From the NCBI GenBank assembly GCA_028716565.1, contig JAQUPL010000001.1, forward strand, positions 83,545 through 147,544: DNA of 64,000 bases, given 5' to 3'. This DNA is from Candidatus Omnitrophota bacterium (GTDB lineage Bacteria; Omnitrophota; Gorgyraeia; Pluralincolimonadales; Pluralincolimonadaceae). The notes under the pieces are model-generated. The model had not been told where the DNA came from, ran no database searches, and was given only the letters and a program-made list of their open reading frames with translations. A program made the position numbers and the translations under genes. Positions 8,457 through 22,076 of this stretch are shown in pieces. Numbering within the stretch: position 1 is the first letter of the stretch; each line of letters begins with the position of its first letter.

Positions 8457-8657
8457 ATGAAAGCGATAGAAAACGTAAAAACATTTTTGAACGAAGTGAG
8501 GGCCGAGATGAAGAAGGTCTCGTGGTCGAGCCGCCAGGAACTGGTAGCTTCGGCGTGGATCGTCATCGTCTCCGTATTGGTCTTTACCGTGATCTTGGGG
8601 TTCTTTGATTTTTCATTCTCGAAAATAATCCATTTGATATTGAAACAAGGATTGTAA
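8457..8657 (+). CDS. secE: preprotein translocase subunit SecE
   Basis: 66 aa, MKAIENVKTFLNEVRAEMKKVSWSSRQELVASAWIVIVSVLVFTVILGFFD (single TM). The ORF-track start at 8415 lies inside tRNA-Trp and is rejected. Confidence 0.8.
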   Translation: MKAIENVKTFLNEVRAEMKKVSWSSRQELVASAWIVIVSVLVFTVILGFFDFSFSKIIHLILKQGL

Positions 8658-8663
8658 GTGAAG

Positions 8664-9194
8664 ATGGCGAAGAAGTGGTACGTTATCCATACCCAGACAG
8701 GCGCGGAAGAGAAAGTTAAATCCGCGATAGAGAAGCGCGCCGAGTCGAATAATATGAAGGAAGCCATCGCCCAGGTCCTCATCCCGACCGAACAGGTCTC
8801 GGAAGTAAAGGAAGGCAAGAAGAAGATAACCCAGAGGAAGTTCTTCCCCGGTTATGTCCTTGTAGAGATGGACCTTAACGACAATACATGGTACCTCGTC
8901 AAGAATACCACCGGCGTCACCGGTTTCATCGGCGCCAGGACAAAGCCCGTAGCCCTCAGGGAAGACGAAGTGCAGTCCATATTGAAACAGAGCGAGGACC
9001 GCAAGGTAAAACCGACGCCGAAGGTCATATTCGAGAGGGGCGAATCGGTAAGGGTGACGGACGGCCCGTTCACGAATTTTAACGGCGTAATAGAGGAAGT
9101 AAACCCGGATAAGGGCAAGTTGAAGGTTTCAGTCACGATATTCGGACGGTCGACCCCGGTCGAATTAGAATACTGGCAGGTAGAAAAACTCTAA
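8664..9194 (+). CDS. nusG: transcription termination/antitermination factor NusG
   Basis: [17 protein letters not shown]-terminus and KOW domain at the C-terminus. An alternative GTG start at 8658 abuts the secE stop. Confidence 0.9.
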   Translation: MAKKWYVIHTQTGAEEKVKSAIEKRAESNNMKEAIAQVLIPTEQVSEVKEGKKKITQRKFFPGYVLVEMDLNDNTWYLVKNTTGVTGFIGARTKPVALREDEVQSILKQSEDRKVKPTPKVIFERGESVRVTDGPFTNFNGVIEEVNPDKGKLKVSVTIFGRSTPVELEYWQVEKL

Positions 9195-9195
9195 A

Positions 9196-9621
9196 ATGGC
9201 AAAGAAGATAAAGGCAACCATCAAATTGTATTGCCCGGCAGGCCAGGCTAATCCCGCGCCTCCGGTCGGTCCGGCGCTCGGTCAGCACGGCGTGAACATC
9301 ATGGAGTTCTGCAAGAAGTTCAACGAGATGAGCAGGTCGCAGGAAGGCCTGACCCTCCCGGTAGTTATCTCGGTTTACGAAGACAAGAGTTTCAGCTTCA
9401 TCGTGAAGAGCCCGCCCTGTTCGGTCCTGTTGAAGAGGGCGTGCAACCTCGCCAAGGCTTCGGGCGTCCCGAACAAAGAGAAGGTCGGCAAGGTCACTAA
9501 GGACCAGCTCATCGAGATAGCGAAGATTAAATTTAAAGACCTTAATACAGAGGATATAAACGAGGCGATAAAGATAGTCGCGGGAACCGCCCGCAGCATG
9601 GGCATCGACGTTGAAGGTTAA
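9196..9621 (+). CDS. rplK: 50S ribosomal protein L11
   Basis: 141 aa, [34 protein letters not shown]. Confidence 0.95.
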   Translation: MAKKIKATIKLYCPAGQANPAPPVGPALGQHGVNIMEFCKKFNEMSRSQEGLTLPVVISVYEDKSFSFIVKSPPCSVLLKRACNLAKASGVPNKEKVGKVTKDQLIEIAKIKFKDLNTEDINEAIKIVAGTARSMGIDVEG

Positions 9622-9634
9622 GGAAGAATCTAAA

Positions 9635-10327
9635 ATGGCAAGCAAAAGAGTAAAGGCTTTCGAAGGTCTGGTAGAAAAAAACAAGAAGTATTCGCTAAAG
9701 GAAGCGATCTCCATATTAAGGAAGGCTCCCAAAGCGAAGTTCGACGAATCGGTCGATCTGGCCATAAAGCTGGAGATAGACCCGAAACAGTCCGAACAGA
9801 TGGTGAGGGGCACGATCGTCCTTCCTCACGGCACCGGCAAGACGAAAACGGTCGCGGTATTCTGCAAAGGGGAAGCCCAGCACAGGGCAAAGGAAGCCGG
9901 CGCTGAGCACGTAGGCGCGGAAGACCTGATAGAAAAAGTATCGAAGGGATTCCTCGATTTTGACGTCGCGGTCGCAACGCCGGAGATGATGAGGGAATTG
10001 AGCAAGCTCGGTAAAGTCCTCGGCCCGAAAGGCCTGATGCCTAACCCGAAGGCCGGCACGGTCACCGAAGATGTGGCCAAGGCCGTAAAAGAAGTCAAGG
10101 CCGGTAAGGTAGAGTTCAAGATGGACAAAATATCCAACATAAATATATCGGTCGCCAAGGCTTCGTTCGACGACAGCAAGATATACGATAACGCTTATAC
10201 CCTCATCGAGGCGGTGCAGCACGCAAGGCCGGCCACTTTAAAGGGCAATTACATCAGGTCCATATCGATATCGACGACAATGGGTCCCGGCGTTAGGCTG
10301 GACCTTTCGAACCTGGTAAGGGGTTAA
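9635..10327 (+). CDS. rplA: 50S ribosomal protein L1
   Basis: [11 protein letters not shown]..., RBS AAGGAAG. The ORF-track start at 9611 overlaps rplK and is rejected. Confidence 0.9.
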   Translation: MASKRVKAFEGLVEKNKKYSLKEAISILRKAPKAKFDESVDLAIKLEIDPKQSEQMVRGTIVLPHGTGKTKTVAVFCKGEAQHRAKEAGAEHVGAEDLIEKVSKGFLDFDVAVATPEMMRELSKLGKVLGPKGLMPNPKAGTVTEDVAKAVKEVKAGKVEFKMDKISNINISVAKASFDDSKIYDNAYTLIEAVQHARPATLKGNYIRSISISTTMGPGVRLDLSNLVRG

Positions 10328-10332
10328 CGGAA

Positions 10333-10863
10333 ATGGAAAAACTCAGCCGCAAAGTCAAGGGAGTGATGGTAGACGAGGTCGCGGGGCTTATAAAGAAGAA
10401 CCCGTACCTCTTCTTCGTGAATTTCGAGAAAGTCAAGGCGTCCAAGACCGAGAAACTCAGGAAGACGCTTAAGAAATCCTCTTCCGAGCTCAAAGTCGTA
10501 AAGAGGTCGATACTAAAGCTCGCGCTCAAGAAACAGAAACTAGAGCCGTTATGCGATATCGCCGAGAAGTCGTCGGCTGTCACGTTCTCCAAGGACGACC
10601 CGACCAAGGCCTCGAGGATATTATACGATTTCGCGAAGGCCGACCAGAACATGGTCATAAAGGGCGGGTATATGGACGGCCAGGTGCTTACGACTGAAAG
10701 TGTCAAGGAATTGGCCATGCTGCCGCCGCGGGATGTCATGCTGGCGATGGTCATGGGCGGGATGAAAGCGCCTATCCAGGGCCTGGCTAATGTATTGAGG
10801 GGAAATTTACAGAAGCTCGTTATGGTGATTAACGAGATCTCGAAGAAAAAAGAGACCAAATAA
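10333..10863 (+). CDS. rplJ: 50S ribosomal protein L10
   Basis: 176 aa in the L10 position between rplA and rplL. Only a 5-nt gap from rplA, so no L10 leader. Confidence 0.9.
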   Translation: MEKLSRKVKGVMVDEVAGLIKKNPYLFFVNFEKVKASKTEKLRKTLKKSSSELKVVKRSILKLALKKQKLEPLCDIAEKSSAVTFSKDDPTKASRILYDFAKADQNMVIKGGYMDGQVLTTESVKELAMLPPRDVMLAMVMGGMKAPIQGLANVLRGNLQKLVMVINEISKKKETK

Positions 10864-10887
10864 AACAAGAAGGAGAAGGAGGTTAAG

Positions 10888-11295
10888 ATGGCAGAAGTGA
10901 CAGAGAAGGTAGAACTTAGCAAGAAGTTGAATGACATAATGAAGTCAGTCGAGGAGATGAGCGTCCTCGAGCTTTCGACGCTTGTTAAGGCGATGGAAGA
11001 GAAGTTCGGCGTGACTGCGGCTGTCCCGATGGCTGCAGCGGCCGGTGTAGCGGCTCCTGCGGCAGCTGCTGCGGTAGAGGAGAAATCGACCTTTACCGTA
11101 GTCTTGACTGATTGCGGCGCCAACAAGATAAACGTTATCAAAGAGATCCGCTCGGTGACTACTCTCGGTTTGAAGGAAGCCAAGGACCTCGCTGATTCGG
11201 CCCCTAAACCGGTAAAAGAGAACGTTCCCAAAGAAGAAGCTGAAGCTATCAAGAAAAAGCTTGAAGCTGCGGGCGCAAAGGTCGAACTCAAGTAA
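10888..11295 (+). CDS. rplL: 50S ribosomal protein L7/L12
   Basis: 135 aa with Ala-rich hinge [18 protein letters not shown] and C-terminal [40 protein letters not shown]. Confidence 0.95.
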   Translation: MAEVTEKVELSKKLNDIMKSVEEMSVLELSTLVKAMEEKFGVTAAVPMAAAAGVAAPAAAAAVEEKSTFTVVLTDCGANKINVIKEIRSVTTLGLKEAKDLADSAPKPVKENVPKEEAEAIKKKLEAAGAKVELK

Positions 11296-11329
11296 CGTTT
11301 TTGTTTAAAACCAAATCCGGGAAAACCAA

Positions 11330-14300
11330 ATGGCGATAAAAAGGAAGAATTACGCAAAATTACCTGAACTTTTCGAGATGCCCAACCTTCTCGACGTGCA
11401 GGTCCGTTCGTATGATGATTTTCTCCAAACGGACGTGCCCAAAGCGAAGAGAGGGCGTACGGGGCTTGAAGAGGTATTTCATGAATTCTTCCCAATAGAG
11501 AGCCCAGACGGCGCGTATAAGCTCGAGTATGTCAACTACTCTCTCGGGAAGCCTAAGTATGACGATTTCGAATCGTTAAAGCTTGGCATGACATTCGCCG
11601 TACCCCTTAAACTTAAAATACGCCTAAGGGGAAAGAAGGACATCAAGGAGCAGGAAGTCTATTTAGGCGAACTGCCCCTTATGACCAGGACGGGAACTTT
11701 TATCGTGAACGGCGATGAAAGGGTCATCGTAAGCCAACTGCACCGTTCCCCGGGCGTTTCATTCGAGGAAGAGACCCACGCTAACGGAAAGAAGCTCTTC
11801 TCGTCAAGGGTGATACCTTACAGGGGCTCCTGGATAGAGTTCGAGTTCGACGTAAACGATTGCCTGCACGCGGTCATCGACAGGAGGAAGAAAGTCCTCG
11901 CTACGGTGCTTTTACGTGCGATGGGCTATTCGACAGACGGTGATATACTTGACGCGTTCTGCGGCATCGATACAAAGACGCTCAAAGATAAGCAGGACCT
12001 CAAAGACCTTATCGGCCATACGATAGCCGCTGACATCGTGGACGAAAAGAGCGGAGAGGCGCTCAACCTGAAATATAAGAAGCTCGATAAAGAACTTGTG
12101 GAAGAGCTTTGGGACAAGCATCATGTGAGATCGATACAGATACTAAGGCAGGCCTCTCCTGAAATAGAGAATACGCTCCAGAAAGACCATCTCAAGTCGA
12201 GGGATGAGGCGCTCATAGATATATATAGGAAGCTGCGCCCCGGCGACCCGGCTACGGTCGAATCGGCGCAGAACCTGATAAACCGGCTATTCTTCGATCC
12301 CAAGAGATACGACCTGGGCCGCGTCGGCCGTTATATTATAAACAGGAAGGTCGACCTGAACCTGCCTCTCGACCAGAGGACGATAACTCCCCAGGACCTG
12401 GTAGCGATAATCAAATATCTTATAAAGCTCAAGAACGGCGAAGGCCAGCTCGACGATATAGACCATCTCGGGAACAGGCGCATCCGCACCGTCGGAGAAC
12501 TGCTGCAGAACCAGTTCAGGATCGGCCTTGCCCGACTCGAAAGGTCTATACGCGAGAGGCTCTCGATATACGACCTCGAGAACATAATGCCGCATAACCT
12601 GATAAATTCCAAGCTGGTCTCAAGCGTAATAAGGGATTTCTTTGGGCGTTCGCAGCTCTCGCAGTTCATGGACCAGACGAACCCGTTAGCCGAGATGACC
12701 CACAAGCGCCGCTTGAGCGCGCTCGGTCCCGGCGGCCTCTCGCGCGAGCGGGCAGGCTTCGAGGTCCGCGACGTCCATCATTCGCATTACGGCCGCATCT
12801 GCCCGATCGAGACGCCTGAAGGCCCGAACATCGGCCTCATAGCCTCTCTCTGCACTTACGCGCGCATAAACGAATTTGGTTTTATTGAGACCCCTTACAG
12901 GAAGGCCGAGAAGGGGAAGGTCTCGGAGAAGACCGATTATCTTTCGGCCGACATCGAGGATAAATATATAATCGCCCAGGCGAACGCAAGGCTCGAATCG
13001 TCGGGCCGTTTCGCGGAAAGTGATGTGCTTTGCAGGCATAAGGGCGATTTCCCGCTCACGCCCAGGGAAAAAGTGGATTATATGGATGTGAGCCCGAGAC
13101 AGCTCGTTTCGATCGCCGCGAGCCTCATCCCGTTCCTCGAGCATGACGACGCGAACCGCGCCCTTATGGGTTCGAACATGCAGCGCCAGGCCGTGCCTCT
13201 TATGGTCACCGAGGCCCCGCTTATCGCGACAGGCATAGAATACAGGGCCGCGAAAGACTCCGGCGCCGTTATCGTCGCGGAAGAGGAAGGCGTAGTGAAG
13301 TCAGTACAGGCCGACGAGATAACCATAGGCGATAAGACATACAGGCTGCGCAAATTCATGCGTTCAAACGCGGATACCTGCGTCAACCAGAGGCCGATAG
13401 TGAAACTCGGGCAGAAGATAAAGAAGGGCGAAGTCATAGCCGACGGCCCCGGCACCTCGGAAGGCGAATTGGCGCTGGGAAAGAACGTACTGGTCGCTTT
13501 CATGCCGTGGAGAGGTTATAATTTTGAAGACGCGATCATAATAAGCGAAAAGCTGGTCAAGGAAGACCTTTACACTTCCCTGCACATAGAAGAATTTGAT
13601 AGCGAGGCGCGCGATACCCGTTTGGGCAACGAAGAGGTTACGCGCGATATACCGAACGTGAGCGAAGACGCGCTCAAGAACCTCGACGAGCACGGTATCG
13701 TCAGGATCGGCGCCGAAGTCGAGCCCGGCGATATTTTAGTCGGAAAAGTCACGCCTAAGAGCGAGACCGAGCTTTCCCCCGAAGAGAAATTGCTCCGCGC
13801 CATATTCGGCGAGAAGGCCGGCGACGTCAGGGATACTTCCCTGACAGTCCCGCCCGGCGTAGAGGGTACGGTCGTCGAAGTCAAGGTCTTCAGCAGGAAG
13901 GGCGGAAAATCGAAGACCAAAGAAGAAGTGCAGAAAGAGATAAACGAGACCGATAAGATCAAGAAGGAATATAGCAGTCAGATAAACAACATACAGAAAC
14001 AGAAGGCGCAGAAGCTCTCGAAGGTCCTGGTAGGCCAGAAGCTCGCCGCGAGCCTCGTCGATGACGAGACCGGCGAGACCCTCATCGCTAAAGACAAGAC
14101 GATAAGGCAGACTGACCTCAAAAAACTCGAGAGATGCGACCTGGATAATATAAAGCTTCCTGAGAACAAGGAAGCCGAGGAAGAGATAAAACGCATCATA
14201 AAGATACTCGACGACCAGATACACGAACTCGAGTATGAGGAAGAGCGTGAGATAGATAAGATAAAGAGGGGCGACGAGCTACCGGCGGGCGTATTGAAGA

Positions 14301-15025
14301 AGGTCGTTGTAATGGTCGCCACAAAGAGGAAGATCCAGGTCGGCGACAAGATGGCCGGTCGCCACGGGAACAAAGGTGTCGTCGCTAGGATAGTTCCGGA
14401 AGAGGATATGCCTTTCCTCCCGGACGGCACGGCCGTCGAGATAATATTGAACCCGTTGGGCGTTCCTTCCCGTATGAACGTCGGGCAGATACTGGAGACG
14501 CATCTTGGCTGGGCCGCGAAAGTGCTGGGTTTCCATGTCGCTTCGCCGGTCTTCGACGGCGCCAGGGAGGAAGAGATAAAGAAGGAATTGAAAGCCGCCG
14601 GCTTGCCCCAGGACGGCCGCATAACCCTCTACGACGGTTTAATAGGCAAGGCTTTCGACCAGAAAGTAACGGTCGGCTACATATATATGCTGAAGCTTAT
14701 CCACCTTGTGGACGAGAAGATACACGCCCGCTCGATCGGCCCGTATTCCCTCGTCACCCAGCAGCCGCTCGGCGGAAAGGCGCAGTTCGGCGGACAGAGG
14801 TTCGGCGAAATGGAAGTCTGGGCGCTCGAGGCCTACGGCGCAGCTTTCACTTTGCAGGAATTATTGACGGTCAAATCTGACGATGTCGTGGGCCGCACGA
14901 GGATATACGAGGCTATAGTGAAGGGCGAGAACGCGCTTCAGCCCGGCACCCCAGAATCGTTTAATGTCTTGTTAAAAGAACTCCAGAGCCTGTGTCTTGA
15001 CGTAAGGACGGAGAAGAAAAAATAA
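11330..15025 (+). CDS. rpoB: DNA-directed RNA polymerase subunit beta
   Basis: 1231 aa. Conserved [14 protein letters not shown] and [14 protein letters not shown] motifs. Confidence 0.97.
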   Translation: MAIKRKNYAKLPELFEMPNLLDVQVRSYDDFLQTDVPKAKRGRTGLEEVFHEFFPIESPDGAYKLEYVNYSLGKPKYDDFESLKLGMTFAVPLKLKIRLRGKKDIKEQEVYLGELPLMTRTGTFIVNGDERVIVSQLHRSPGVSFEEETHANGKKLFSSRVIPYRGSWIEFEFDVNDCLHAVIDRRKKVLATVLLRAMGYSTDGDILDAFCGIDTKTLKDKQDLKDLIGHTIAADIVDEKSGEALNLKYKKLDKELVEELWDKHHVRSIQILRQASPEIENTLQKDHLKSRDEALIDIYRKLRPGDPATVESAQNLINRLFFDPKRYDLGRVGRYIINRKVDLNLPLDQRTITPQDLVAIIKYLIKLKNGEGQLDDIDHLGNRRIRTVGELLQNQFRIGLARLERSIRERLSIYDLENIMPHNLINSKLVSSVIRDFFGRSQLSQFMDQTNPLAEMTHKRRLSALGPGGLSRERAGFEVRDVHHSHYGRICPIETPEGPNIGLIASLCTYARINEFGFIETPYRKAEKGKVSEKTDYLSADIEDKYIIAQANARLESSGRFAESDVLCRHKGDFPLTPREKVDYMDVSPRQLVSIAASLIPFLEHDDANRALMGSNMQRQAVPLMVTEAPLIATGIEYRAAKDSGAVIVAEEEGVVKSVQADEITIGDKTYRLRKFMRSNADTCVNQRPIVKLGQKIKKGEVIADGPGTSEGELALGKNVLVAFMPWRGYNFEDAIIISEKLVKEDLYTSLHIEEFDSEARDTRLGNEEVTRDIPNVSEDALKNLDEHGIVRIGAEVEPGDILVGKVTPKSETELSPEEKLLRAIFGEKAGDVRDTSLTVPPGVEGTVVEVKVFSRKGGKSKTKEEVQKEINETDKIKKEYSSQINNIQKQKAQKLSKVLVGQKLAASLVDDETGETLIAKDKTIRQTDLKKLERCDLDNIKLPENKEAEEEIKRIIKILDDQIHELEYEEEREIDKIKRGDELPAGVLKKVVVMVATKRKIQVGDKMAGRHGNKGVVARIVPEEDMPFLPDGTAVEIILNPLGVPSRMNVGQILETHLGWAAKVLGFHVASPVFDGAREEEIKKELKAAGLPQDGRITLYDGLIGKAFDQKVTVGYIYMLKLIHLVDEKIHARSIGPYSLVTQQPLGGKAQFGGQRFGEMEVWALEAYGAAFTLQELLTVKSDDVVGRTRIYEAIVKGENALQPGTPESFNVLLKELQSLCLDVRTEKKK

Positions 15026-18000
15026 TGTTAAAAGAAGATATTTTAGAAAAAGCCGCAAAGAAATCGAAGAAGGACGATATGTTCCTGAAGCCCCGCGATA
15101 AGTCTATGGAGGAGCCCACGACTTTCGACGCGATAAGCATCAAGATCGCATCGAACGAGACTATCCGTTCCTGGTCGCGCGGCGAGGTCAAGAAACCCGA
15201 GACGATCAACTACAGGACGCTCAAGCCGGAAAAAGACGGCCTCTTCTGCGAGAAGATATTCGGCCCCACAAAGGACTGGGAGTGCAACTGCGGAAAATAC
15301 AAGAGGATAAAATACAAGGGCATAGTCTGTGACAGGTGCGGCGTCGAGGTGACCCTCTCAAAGGTAAGGCGCGAGAGGATGGGCCATATCGAATTGGCCG
15401 CTCCGGTATCTCACATATGGTTCTTTAAGGCCATGCCCACCAGGATGGGCGCTCTCCTGGACATAAATTTAAGGGATCTCGAAAGGGTCCTATATTACGA
15501 AGAATATATCGTCGTCGACCCGGGCGAATCTTCCCTCAAGAGGAAACAGCTCCTGACAGAAGAGCAGTACCAGGAGGCGCTTGAGAAGTTCGGCCATAAA
15601 TTCGAAGCGAGGATGGGGGCAGAAGCGATAAGGCAGCTTATCAAGGAGATAGACCTTGATAAGATGGCGACAAAGCTGCACGCCGACCTCAAGAAGGCCA
15701 AGGCCGAACAGGCCCAGAAGAAGATCGCCAAGGTCTTGAAGATAGTCGAGGCCTTCAGGAAATCCGGCAACAAGCCCGATTGGATGATAATAGATGTTAT
15801 CCCGGTCCTGCCGCCTGACCTGCGTCCGCTGGTCCCGCTTGACGGCGGAAGGTTCGCGACGAGCGACTTGAACGACCTCTACAGGAGGGTCATAAACAGG
15901 AATAACCGCCTTAAAAAATTGCTCGAACTGAAGGCTCCCGAGATAATCATAAGGAACGAGAAGAGGATGCTCCAGGAAGCTGTCGACGCGCTCTTCGATA
16001 ACGGCCGCCACGGCAGGCCGGTCCTCGGTCCCGGGAACAGGCCGCTCAAATCCTTAAGCGATATGCTCAAAGGCAAACAGGGACGTTTCCGCCAGAACCT
16101 GCTCGGAAAACGCGTAGATTATTCTGGCCGTTCGGTCATCGTCGTAGGGCCGGAACTTAAACTTAACCAGTGCGGCCTTCCGAAGAAGATGGCGCTCGAG
16201 CTCTTCGAGCCTTTCATTATAAGAAAGCTCAGGGAACAGGGTTTCGTCCATACGATAAAGAGCGCGAAAAAGATGGTAGAAAAGGCGCGCCTTGAGGTAT
16301 GGGATATACTTGATGACGTCATCAAGGAACACCCGGTCATGCTGAACCGCGCCCCGACGCTCCACAGGCTCGGCATCCAGGCATTCGAGCCGGTCCTTAT
16401 AGAAGGTAAAGCCATAAGGATACATCCGCTGGTCTGCACCGCTTTCAACGCCGATTTCGACGGCGACCAGATGGCCGTCCATGTGCCGCTTTCGATAGAG
16501 GCGCAGATGGAATGCAGGCTCCTCATGCTCTCTACGAATAATATATTCTCGCCGGCTAACGGCAATCCGATAACCACCCCGACGCAGGATATAGTCCTCG
16601 GCTGCTATTATTTGACGAAGGACAAAGACGGGGCGAAGGGCGAAGGCAAGGTCTTCAGCGACAAAGAGGAAGCCCTTATCGCTTTTGATGACGACCAGAT
16701 AACGCTTCACTCGAAGATAAAGGTGAGGATAGACGGCAAGATCATCGACACGACCGTAGGAAGGGTCATATTCAACAACGTCTTTCCCGAAGGTTTGCTG
16801 TTCGTCAACAGGCCGATGAGCAAATCCGAACTCGGCGGCGTTATATTGGATGTGCACAAGCAGTTCGGCCAGAAAAAGACCGTCGAGATACTGGATAAAC
16901 TCAAAAAACTCGGCTTCGAATATGCCACTGTAGCCGGCATATCAATAGCGATCGATGACCTCCATATACCGACAGAGAAAGATAAGTTTATCAAGGAAGC
17001 CCGCGAAGAAGTCCTCCATGTCGAGACCCAGTACAGGAAGGGCCTTATAACCGACGGCGAAAGATATAACAATGTCATCGACATCTGGACAACGACGACG
17101 GACAAGATCTCGGACAAGATATTTGATGAGCTTGATCAGTTCAATCCTATATTAATGATGGCCAACTCCGGCGCACGCGGTTCGAAACAGCAGATCAGGC
17201 AGCTCGCCGGCATGAGAGGCCTCATGGCCAAGCCTTCCGGCGAGATCATTGAGAGCCCCATTACCGCGAATTTCCGCGAGGGCCTCACGGTGCTCGAATA
17301 TTTCATCTCGACGCACGGCGCGAGGAAGGGTCTTGCTGATACCGCTTTGAAGACCGCTGACTCGGGTTACCTGACCCGCAGGCTCGTAGACGTCGCGCAG
17401 GATGTCATCATAGCCGGCGACGACTGCGGCACATTGAACGGTATTTTCGTCAGCGCCATTATCGAAGGCGATGAGGTGGTCGTGCCTCTGAAGGAAAGGA
17501 TCATCGGCAGGGTAGCGCTGGATAATATAGTGGATATAATCACCGACGAGGTCATAGTCTCGGCCGGCGACCAGATAACCGAAGAGGCCGGCGAACGCAT
17601 CGAGCAGGCGGGGATCGAGAGGATAAGGATAAGATCGGTCCTGACCTGCGAGGCCGACCACGGCTTATGCGCCAAGTGTTACGGCCGTAACCTCGCGACA
17701 AACAGGATGGTAGAGCTCGGAGAGGCCATCGGCATAATCGCGGCGCAGTCTATCGGCGAGCCCGGCACCCAGCTGACGATGAGGACTTTCCATATCGGCG
17801 GTACGGCGTACCGAGTCGTCGCCCAGTCTTTCATCAAATCGAAGAACAAGGGTATTGTCAAATACCACAATCTGAAGGTCGCGGAGAAGGAGAAGGGATT
17901 CGTGGTCCTTAACAGGAACGGGCAGATCTCCGTCAATGACGAGAACGGCCGCGAACTTGAGAGATACACGGTCCCGCACGGCGCGCTTTTAACGGTCGGG

Positions 18001-19068
18001 GAAGAAAAGAAGGTCTCGAAGGACGAGATATTCGTCAAATGGGATCCTTACACCGTCCCGATACTTACGGAAGTCTCGGGCAAAGTCCGTTATGAAGATA
18101 TTAAAGACGGCCAGACGATCAGGGAAGAGGCTGACTCCGAAACAGGGCTTACCGAAAGAGTCGTCATCGAGCATAAGGGCGAATACCATCCGCAGATCGT
18201 CATACTCGACAATAAGGATGAAGTCCAGGCCCTTTATTCGATCCCGTCCGGCGCGCACATCGTCGTAAAGGACGGACAGAAGGTTGCGGGCGGCGACCTC
18301 ATTGCCAAGACCCCGCGCAAGACTATCAAGACAAAAGATATTACCGGCGGTCTGCCGCGCGTGGCCGAGCTCTTTGAAGCCCGCAGGCCTAAGGACCCGG
18401 CTATCATAAGCGAGATCGACGGTGTCGTGGAGTTCGGCCCTTCGAAGAAAGGCCAGCGCCGCGTCGTCGTCAAGAATCCCCAGACGAACATGAAAAAGGA
18501 ATATTTGATCCCGCACGGCAAGCACCTTAACGTATACAAGGGCGATAAAGTCGTCGCGGGCCAGCAGCTTATAGACGGACCCGTAGTTCCGCAGGACATC
18601 CTGCGCGTATCCGGCGATAAGAAACTCCAGGAATATCTCGTCAACGAGATACAGGAAGTCTACAGGTTCCAGGGAGTAAAGATAAACGACAAGCATATCG
18701 AGGTCATCGTCCGCCAGATGCTCAAGAAGGTCAGGATAGACGAGCAGGGCGACACCGATTTCCTGGTGGGTATGCAGGTCGACAAATTCAAGTTCCTTGA
18801 AGAGAACGAACGCGTCAAGAAGAAGGGCGGCAAGCCCGCGAGCGCGACACAAATGCTTCTCGGCATAACCAAGGCCGCGCTATCGACCGAAAGCTTCATC
18901 TCGGCGGCGAGCTTCCAGGAGACGACAAGGGTCCTTACCGACGCGGCCGCAAGCGGGAAGCGCGATGAGCTCAGGGGCTTGAAAGAGAATGTCATCATGG
19001 GCCATCTCATACCAGCGGGAACGGGTTTTGAGGCACACAGGAATATAGAAGTCGGAAAAAATCTGTAA
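15025..19068 (+). CDS. rpoC: DNA-directed RNA polymerase subunit beta'
   Basis: 1347 aa. [12 protein letters not shown] catalytic motif and Zn-binding CNCGKYKR. Start overlaps the rpoB stop (TAATG). Confidence 0.97.
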   Translation: MLKEDILEKAAKKSKKDDMFLKPRDKSMEEPTTFDAISIKIASNETIRSWSRGEVKKPETINYRTLKPEKDGLFCEKIFGPTKDWECNCGKYKRIKYKGIVCDRCGVEVTLSKVRRERMGHIELAAPVSHIWFFKAMPTRMGALLDINLRDLERVLYYEEYIVVDPGESSLKRKQLLTEEQYQEALEKFGHKFEARMGAEAIRQLIKEIDLDKMATKLHADLKKAKAEQAQKKIAKVLKIVEAFRKSGNKPDWMIIDVIPVLPPDLRPLVPLDGGRFATSDLNDLYRRVINRNNRLKKLLELKAPEIIIRNEKRMLQEAVDALFDNGRHGRPVLGPGNRPLKSLSDMLKGKQGRFRQNLLGKRVDYSGRSVIVVGPELKLNQCGLPKKMALELFEPFIIRKLREQGFVHTIKSAKKMVEKARLEVWDILDDVIKEHPVMLNRAPTLHRLGIQAFEPVLIEGKAIRIHPLVCTAFNADFDGDQMAVHVPLSIEAQMECRLLMLSTNNIFSPANGNPITTPTQDIVLGCYYLTKDKDGAKGEGKVFSDKEEALIAFDDDQITLHSKIKVRIDGKIIDTTVGRVIFNNVFPEGLLFVNRPMSKSELGGVILDVHKQFGQKKTVEILDKLKKLGFEYATVAGISIAIDDLHIPTEKDKFIKEAREEVLHVETQYRKGLITDGERYNNVIDIWTTTTDKISDKIFDELDQFNPILMMANSGARGSKQQIRQLAGMRGLMAKPSGEIIESPITANFREGLTVLEYFISTHGARKGLADTALKTADSGYLTRRLVDVAQDVIIAGDDCGTLNGIFVSAIIEGDEVVVPLKERIIGRVALDNIVDIITDEVIVSAGDQITEEAGERIEQAGIERIRIRSVLTCEADHGLCAKCYGRNLATNRMVELGEAIGIIAAQSIGEPGTQLTMRTFHIGGTAYRVVAQSFIKSKNKGIVKYHNLKVAEKEKGFVVLNRNGQISVNDENGRELERYTVPHGALLTVGEEKKVSKDEIFVKWDPYTVPILTEVSGKVRYEDIKDGQTIREEADSETGLTERVVIEHKGEYHPQIVILDNKDEVQALYSIPSGAHIVVKDGQKVAGGDLIAKTPRKTIKTKDITGGLPRVAELFEARRPKDPAIISEIDGVVEFGPSKKGQRRVVVKNPQTNMKKEYLIPHGKHLNVYKGDKVVAGQQLIDGPVVPQDILRVSGDKKLQEYLVNEIQEVYRFQGVKINDKHIEVIVRQMLKKVRIDEQGDTDFLVGMQVDKFKFLEENERVKKKGGKPASATQMLLGITKAALSTESFISAASFQETTRVLTDAAASGKRDELRGLKENVIMGHLIPAGTGFEAHRNIEVGKNL

Positions 19069-19080
19069 TCAGGAGATTAA

Positions 19081-19452
19081 ATGCCAACGATATCGCAATT
19101 GATAAGGTACGGCAGGGAACAGAAAAGGAAGAGGACAAAATCCCCGGCGTTGAAAAAATGCCCGCAGAAGCGCGGCGTATGCCTTCAGGTCAAGACGATG
19201 ACGCCGAAGAAACCCAACTCGGCGTTAAGGAAGATCGCCAGGGTGAGGCTGACGAACAGCATAGAGGTCACGGGATATATTCCGGGTGAGGGCCATAACC
19301 TTCAGGAGCATTCTATCGTATTAGTCAGGGGCGGAAGAGTTAAAGATTTGCCCGGAGTCAGATATCACATCGTCCGCGGGACATTGGATGCCGCGGGAGT
19401 AAACCAGAGGAAGAAGTCGCGCTCGAAATACGGCGCGAAGATGCCCAAGTAA
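19081..19452 (+). CDS. rpsL: 30S ribosomal protein S12
   Basis: 123 aa, [34 protein letters not shown]. Confidence 0.95.
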   Translation: MPTISQLIRYGREQKRKRTKSPALKKCPQKRGVCLQVKTMTPKKPNSALRKIARVRLTNSIEVTGYIPGEGHNLQEHSIVLVRGGRVKDLPGVRYHIVRGTLDAAGVNQRKKSRSKYGAKMPK

Positions 19453-19465
19453 GGTTAAATAAAAT

Positions 19466-19933
19466 ATGAGAAGACGTAAAGCCGAAGGAAGAGAGATTTT
19501 ACCGGACCCGAAATTCAAGTCGAAGATCGTCTCCAAATTCATGAATATGATCATGGAGTGCGGGAAGAAATCGACCGCAGAACAGATCGTATACGGGGCA
19601 TTTGAACAGGCGGCAAAGAAAGTCGGCAAAGAGCCGCTCGAAACTTTCCAGAAGGCGCTTGATAACGCCAGGCCCCTGGTAGAGCTCAAATCCAGGAGGG
19701 TCGGCGGCGCGACATACCAGGTCCCGATCGAAGTGCGCCAGGACAGGGGCATCTCGCTCGCGATGAGGTGGATCAGGGATTTCGCAAGAAGCCGCAAAGG
19801 CAAGCCGATGGTCGATAAGCTGGCTGCCGAGATAATCGATGCTTATAACAGCACGGGATCCGCGGTAAAGAAACGCGAGGATATCCATAAGATGGCAGAG
19901 GCGAACAAGGCCTTCAGCCACTTTAGATGGTAA
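19466..19933 (+). CDS. rpsG: 30S ribosomal protein S7
   Basis: 155 aa, conserved S7 sequence ending FSHFRW. Confidence 0.95.
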   Translation: MRRRKAEGREILPDPKFKSKIVSKFMNMIMECGKKSTAEQIVYGAFEQAAKKVGKEPLETFQKALDNARPLVELKSRRVGGATYQVPIEVRQDRGISLAMRWIRDFARSRKGKPMVDKLAAEIIDAYNSTGSAVKKREDIHKMAEANKAFSHFRW

Positions 19934-19984
19934 AAATGGACGACGATGGCTATAACAACACAGGTTGCAGCAAATAGACAAAAC

Positions 19985-22063
19985 ATGGCTAGAGAATACT
20001 CTTTAGAGAATACAAGGAACATAGGCATCATAGCTCATATAGATGCCGGAAAAACGACGACGTCCGAAAGGGTGCTCTTCTATACAGGCCGCGTCCATAA
20101 GATCGGCAGTGTCGACGAAGGCACCGCCACGATGGACTGGATGGCCCAGGAGCAGGAACGAGGGATCACCATTACCTCGGCCAGCACGACGTGCTTCTGG
20201 AAAGATGTGCGCATAAACCTCATCGATACGCCGGGACATGTGGATTTCACGGTAGAAGTCGAGCGTTCGCTCAAGGTCCTCGACGGCGCGGTCGTAGTAT
20301 TCTGCGCGGTCGGAGGGGTAGAACCCCAGTCCGAAACGGTCTGGCGCCAAGCGGACAGGTACAAGGTCCCGAGGATCGCTTATATAAACAAGATGGACAG
20401 GACAGGCGCGGATTTTTTTGGAACGGTAAAACAGATGATAGAGAGATTGGGCGCTGTGCCTGTTCCGATACAGATACCTTACGGCAGTGAAGAGAATTTC
20501 AAGGGCATAGTCGACCTTATCGAGATGAAAGCCCTTAAGTATGATGACGTAAAAGGCGTCGAATTCGAGATACAGGATGTGCCGGCCGACCTCCTCTCGA
20601 TGGCGAAGGAATACCGCGCGCATATGATAGAGAAGATAGCCGAAGTCGACGACCACCTCATGGAAAAATTCGTCCACGGCCAGGAGCCGACCATCGAAGA
20701 GATAAAGAAGGCGTTAAGAAAGGCCGTTGTCAAGAGCGTCGTGGTCCCGGTCGTCTGCGGTAGCTCGTTCAGGAACAAAGGAGTCCAGCCGGTTTTGGAC
20801 GCGGTATGCGATTACCTCCCGAGCCCGCTCGACGTGCCCCCGATGAAGGGATTAAATCCCGAGTCGGGACAGCACGAGGAGAGGACGGCGTCGGATGACC
20901 AGCCTTTCTGCGCGCTGGCTTTTAAGATAATGTCAGACCCTTACGTAGGCAAGCTCACATATTTCAGGGTATATTCCGGCGTGCTTGAGGCCGGTTCATA
21001 TATATATAATTCCAATAAAGACGTCAAAGAACGTATCGGAAAGATCGTGCGTATGCATGCCAACAAACAGGAGATTGTCGAGCAGGTATATTCCGGCGAG
21101 ATCGCCGCCGCGGTCGGGTTAAAAGATACAAAGACCGGCGACACGATCTGCAATGAGGACCATCCGATAACTCTCGAGTCGATGCATTTCCCCGAGCCCG
21201 TCGTCTCGCTCGCAATCGAGCCGGCGACCAAGGCCGACCAGGACAAACTCGGCATGGTCTTGAATAAATTCATGGAAGAGGACCCCTCTTTCAGGGTCAA
21301 TTATAACCAGGAGACCGGCCAGACCATAATATCCGGTATGGGAGAACTCCACCTTGAGATCATCGTCGACAGGATGATGAGGGAATTCAAGCTCGAGGCG
21401 AATGTCGGTAAACCGCAGGTCGCGTATAAAGAGACCGTGACGAAACCGTCGCACAGCGTCGGAAAGTTCATACACCAGTCCGGCGGCCGCGGCCAGTATG
21501 GCCATGTGGTTTTGGATATGGAGCCGGGCGAGCCGAATTCGGGAATCACTTTTATAAACAAGATCGTCGGCGGTTCTATCCCGAAGGAATATATACCCGC
21601 GGCAAAAGCCGGCGTATTGATGGCGGCCAAGAGCGGCGCTCTCGCGGGATATCCGGTAATAGATGTCAAGGTCACATTAGTCGACGGCTCATATCATGAG
21701 GTCGACTCATCGGAAATGGCGTTCAAGACCGCCGGTTCCATGGGTTTTGTGGATGGCCTGAAACGGGGCGGACCTGTATTGCTCGAGCCTATCATGGAGA
21801 TAGAGGTCACGATACCCGATGAATTCATGGGCTCGGTCATAGGAGACCTTAATTCACGCCGCGCAAAGATAGATTCCATAAACCAAAGGGCTAACGCGAA
21901 GGTCCTAGCAGGGACCGTCCCGTTGGCCGAGATGTTCGGATACGCATCGGCCCTAAGGTCCTTGACACAGGGCCGTGGAACATATACAATGGAACCTTCG
22001 TGCTATACGGAAGTTCCGAGACAAATAGCGGAAAAAGTTATAGCTTCCGCGACGAAAGGCTAA
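19985..22063 (+). CDS. fusA: elongation factor G
   Basis: [29 protein letters not shown] matches the EF-G N-terminal pattern. The 19946 start would add a 13-aa non-conserved extension; neither candidate has a strong RBS. Confidence 0.9.
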   Translation: MAREYSLENTRNIGIIAHIDAGKTTTSERVLFYTGRVHKIGSVDEGTATMDWMAQEQERGITITSASTTCFWKDVRINLIDTPGHVDFTVEVERSLKVLDGAVVVFCAVGGVEPQSETVWRQADRYKVPRIAYINKMDRTGADFFGTVKQMIERLGAVPVPIQIPYGSEENFKGIVDLIEMKALKYDDVKGVEFEIQDVPADLLSMAKEYRAHMIEKIAEVDDHLMEKFVHGQEPTIEEIKKALRKAVVKSVVVPVVCGSSFRNKGVQPVLDAVCDYLPSPLDVPPMKGLNPESGQHEERTASDDQPFCALAFKIMSDPYVGKLTYFRVYSGVLEAGSYIYNSNKDVKERIGKIVRMHANKQEIVEQVYSGEIAAAVGLKDTKTGDTICNEDHPITLESMHFPEPVVSLAIEPATKADQDKLGMVLNKFMEEDPSFRVNYNQETGQTIISGMGELHLEIIVDRMMREFKLEANVGKPQVAYKETVTKPSHSVGKFIHQSGGRGQYGHVVLDMEPGEPNSGITFINKIVGGSIPKEYIPAAKAGVLMAAKSGALAGYPVIDVKVTLVDGSYHEVDSSEMAFKTAGSMGFVDGLKRGGPVLLEPIMEIEVTIPDEFMGSVIGDLNSRRAKIDSINQRANAKVLAGTVPLAEMFGYASALRSLTQGRGTYTMEPSCYTEVPRQIAEKVIASATKG

Positions 22064-22076
22064 AAGGAGGAATCCA

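Noticed and set aside
8384-8608. 74-aa + ORF, and the 8415 N-terminal extension of secE
   Set aside because: Both start inside tRNA-Trp (8368..8444) and the 74-aa ORF is out of frame with the conserved SecE sequence. The real secE start is the ATG at 8457.
10293-11495. 400-aa minus-strand ORF (also 23087..24094 -, 49070..50173 -, 16054..16857 - and all other minus-strand ORFs over 100 aa)
   Set aside because: Each lies antisense to strongly conserved plus-strand genes (rplJ/rplL/rpoB, tuf/rpsJ/rplC, cobU/cobT, rpoC). They have low-complexity Ser/Thr/Ala/Arg-rich translations and no RBS, as expected of GC-rich antisense frames.
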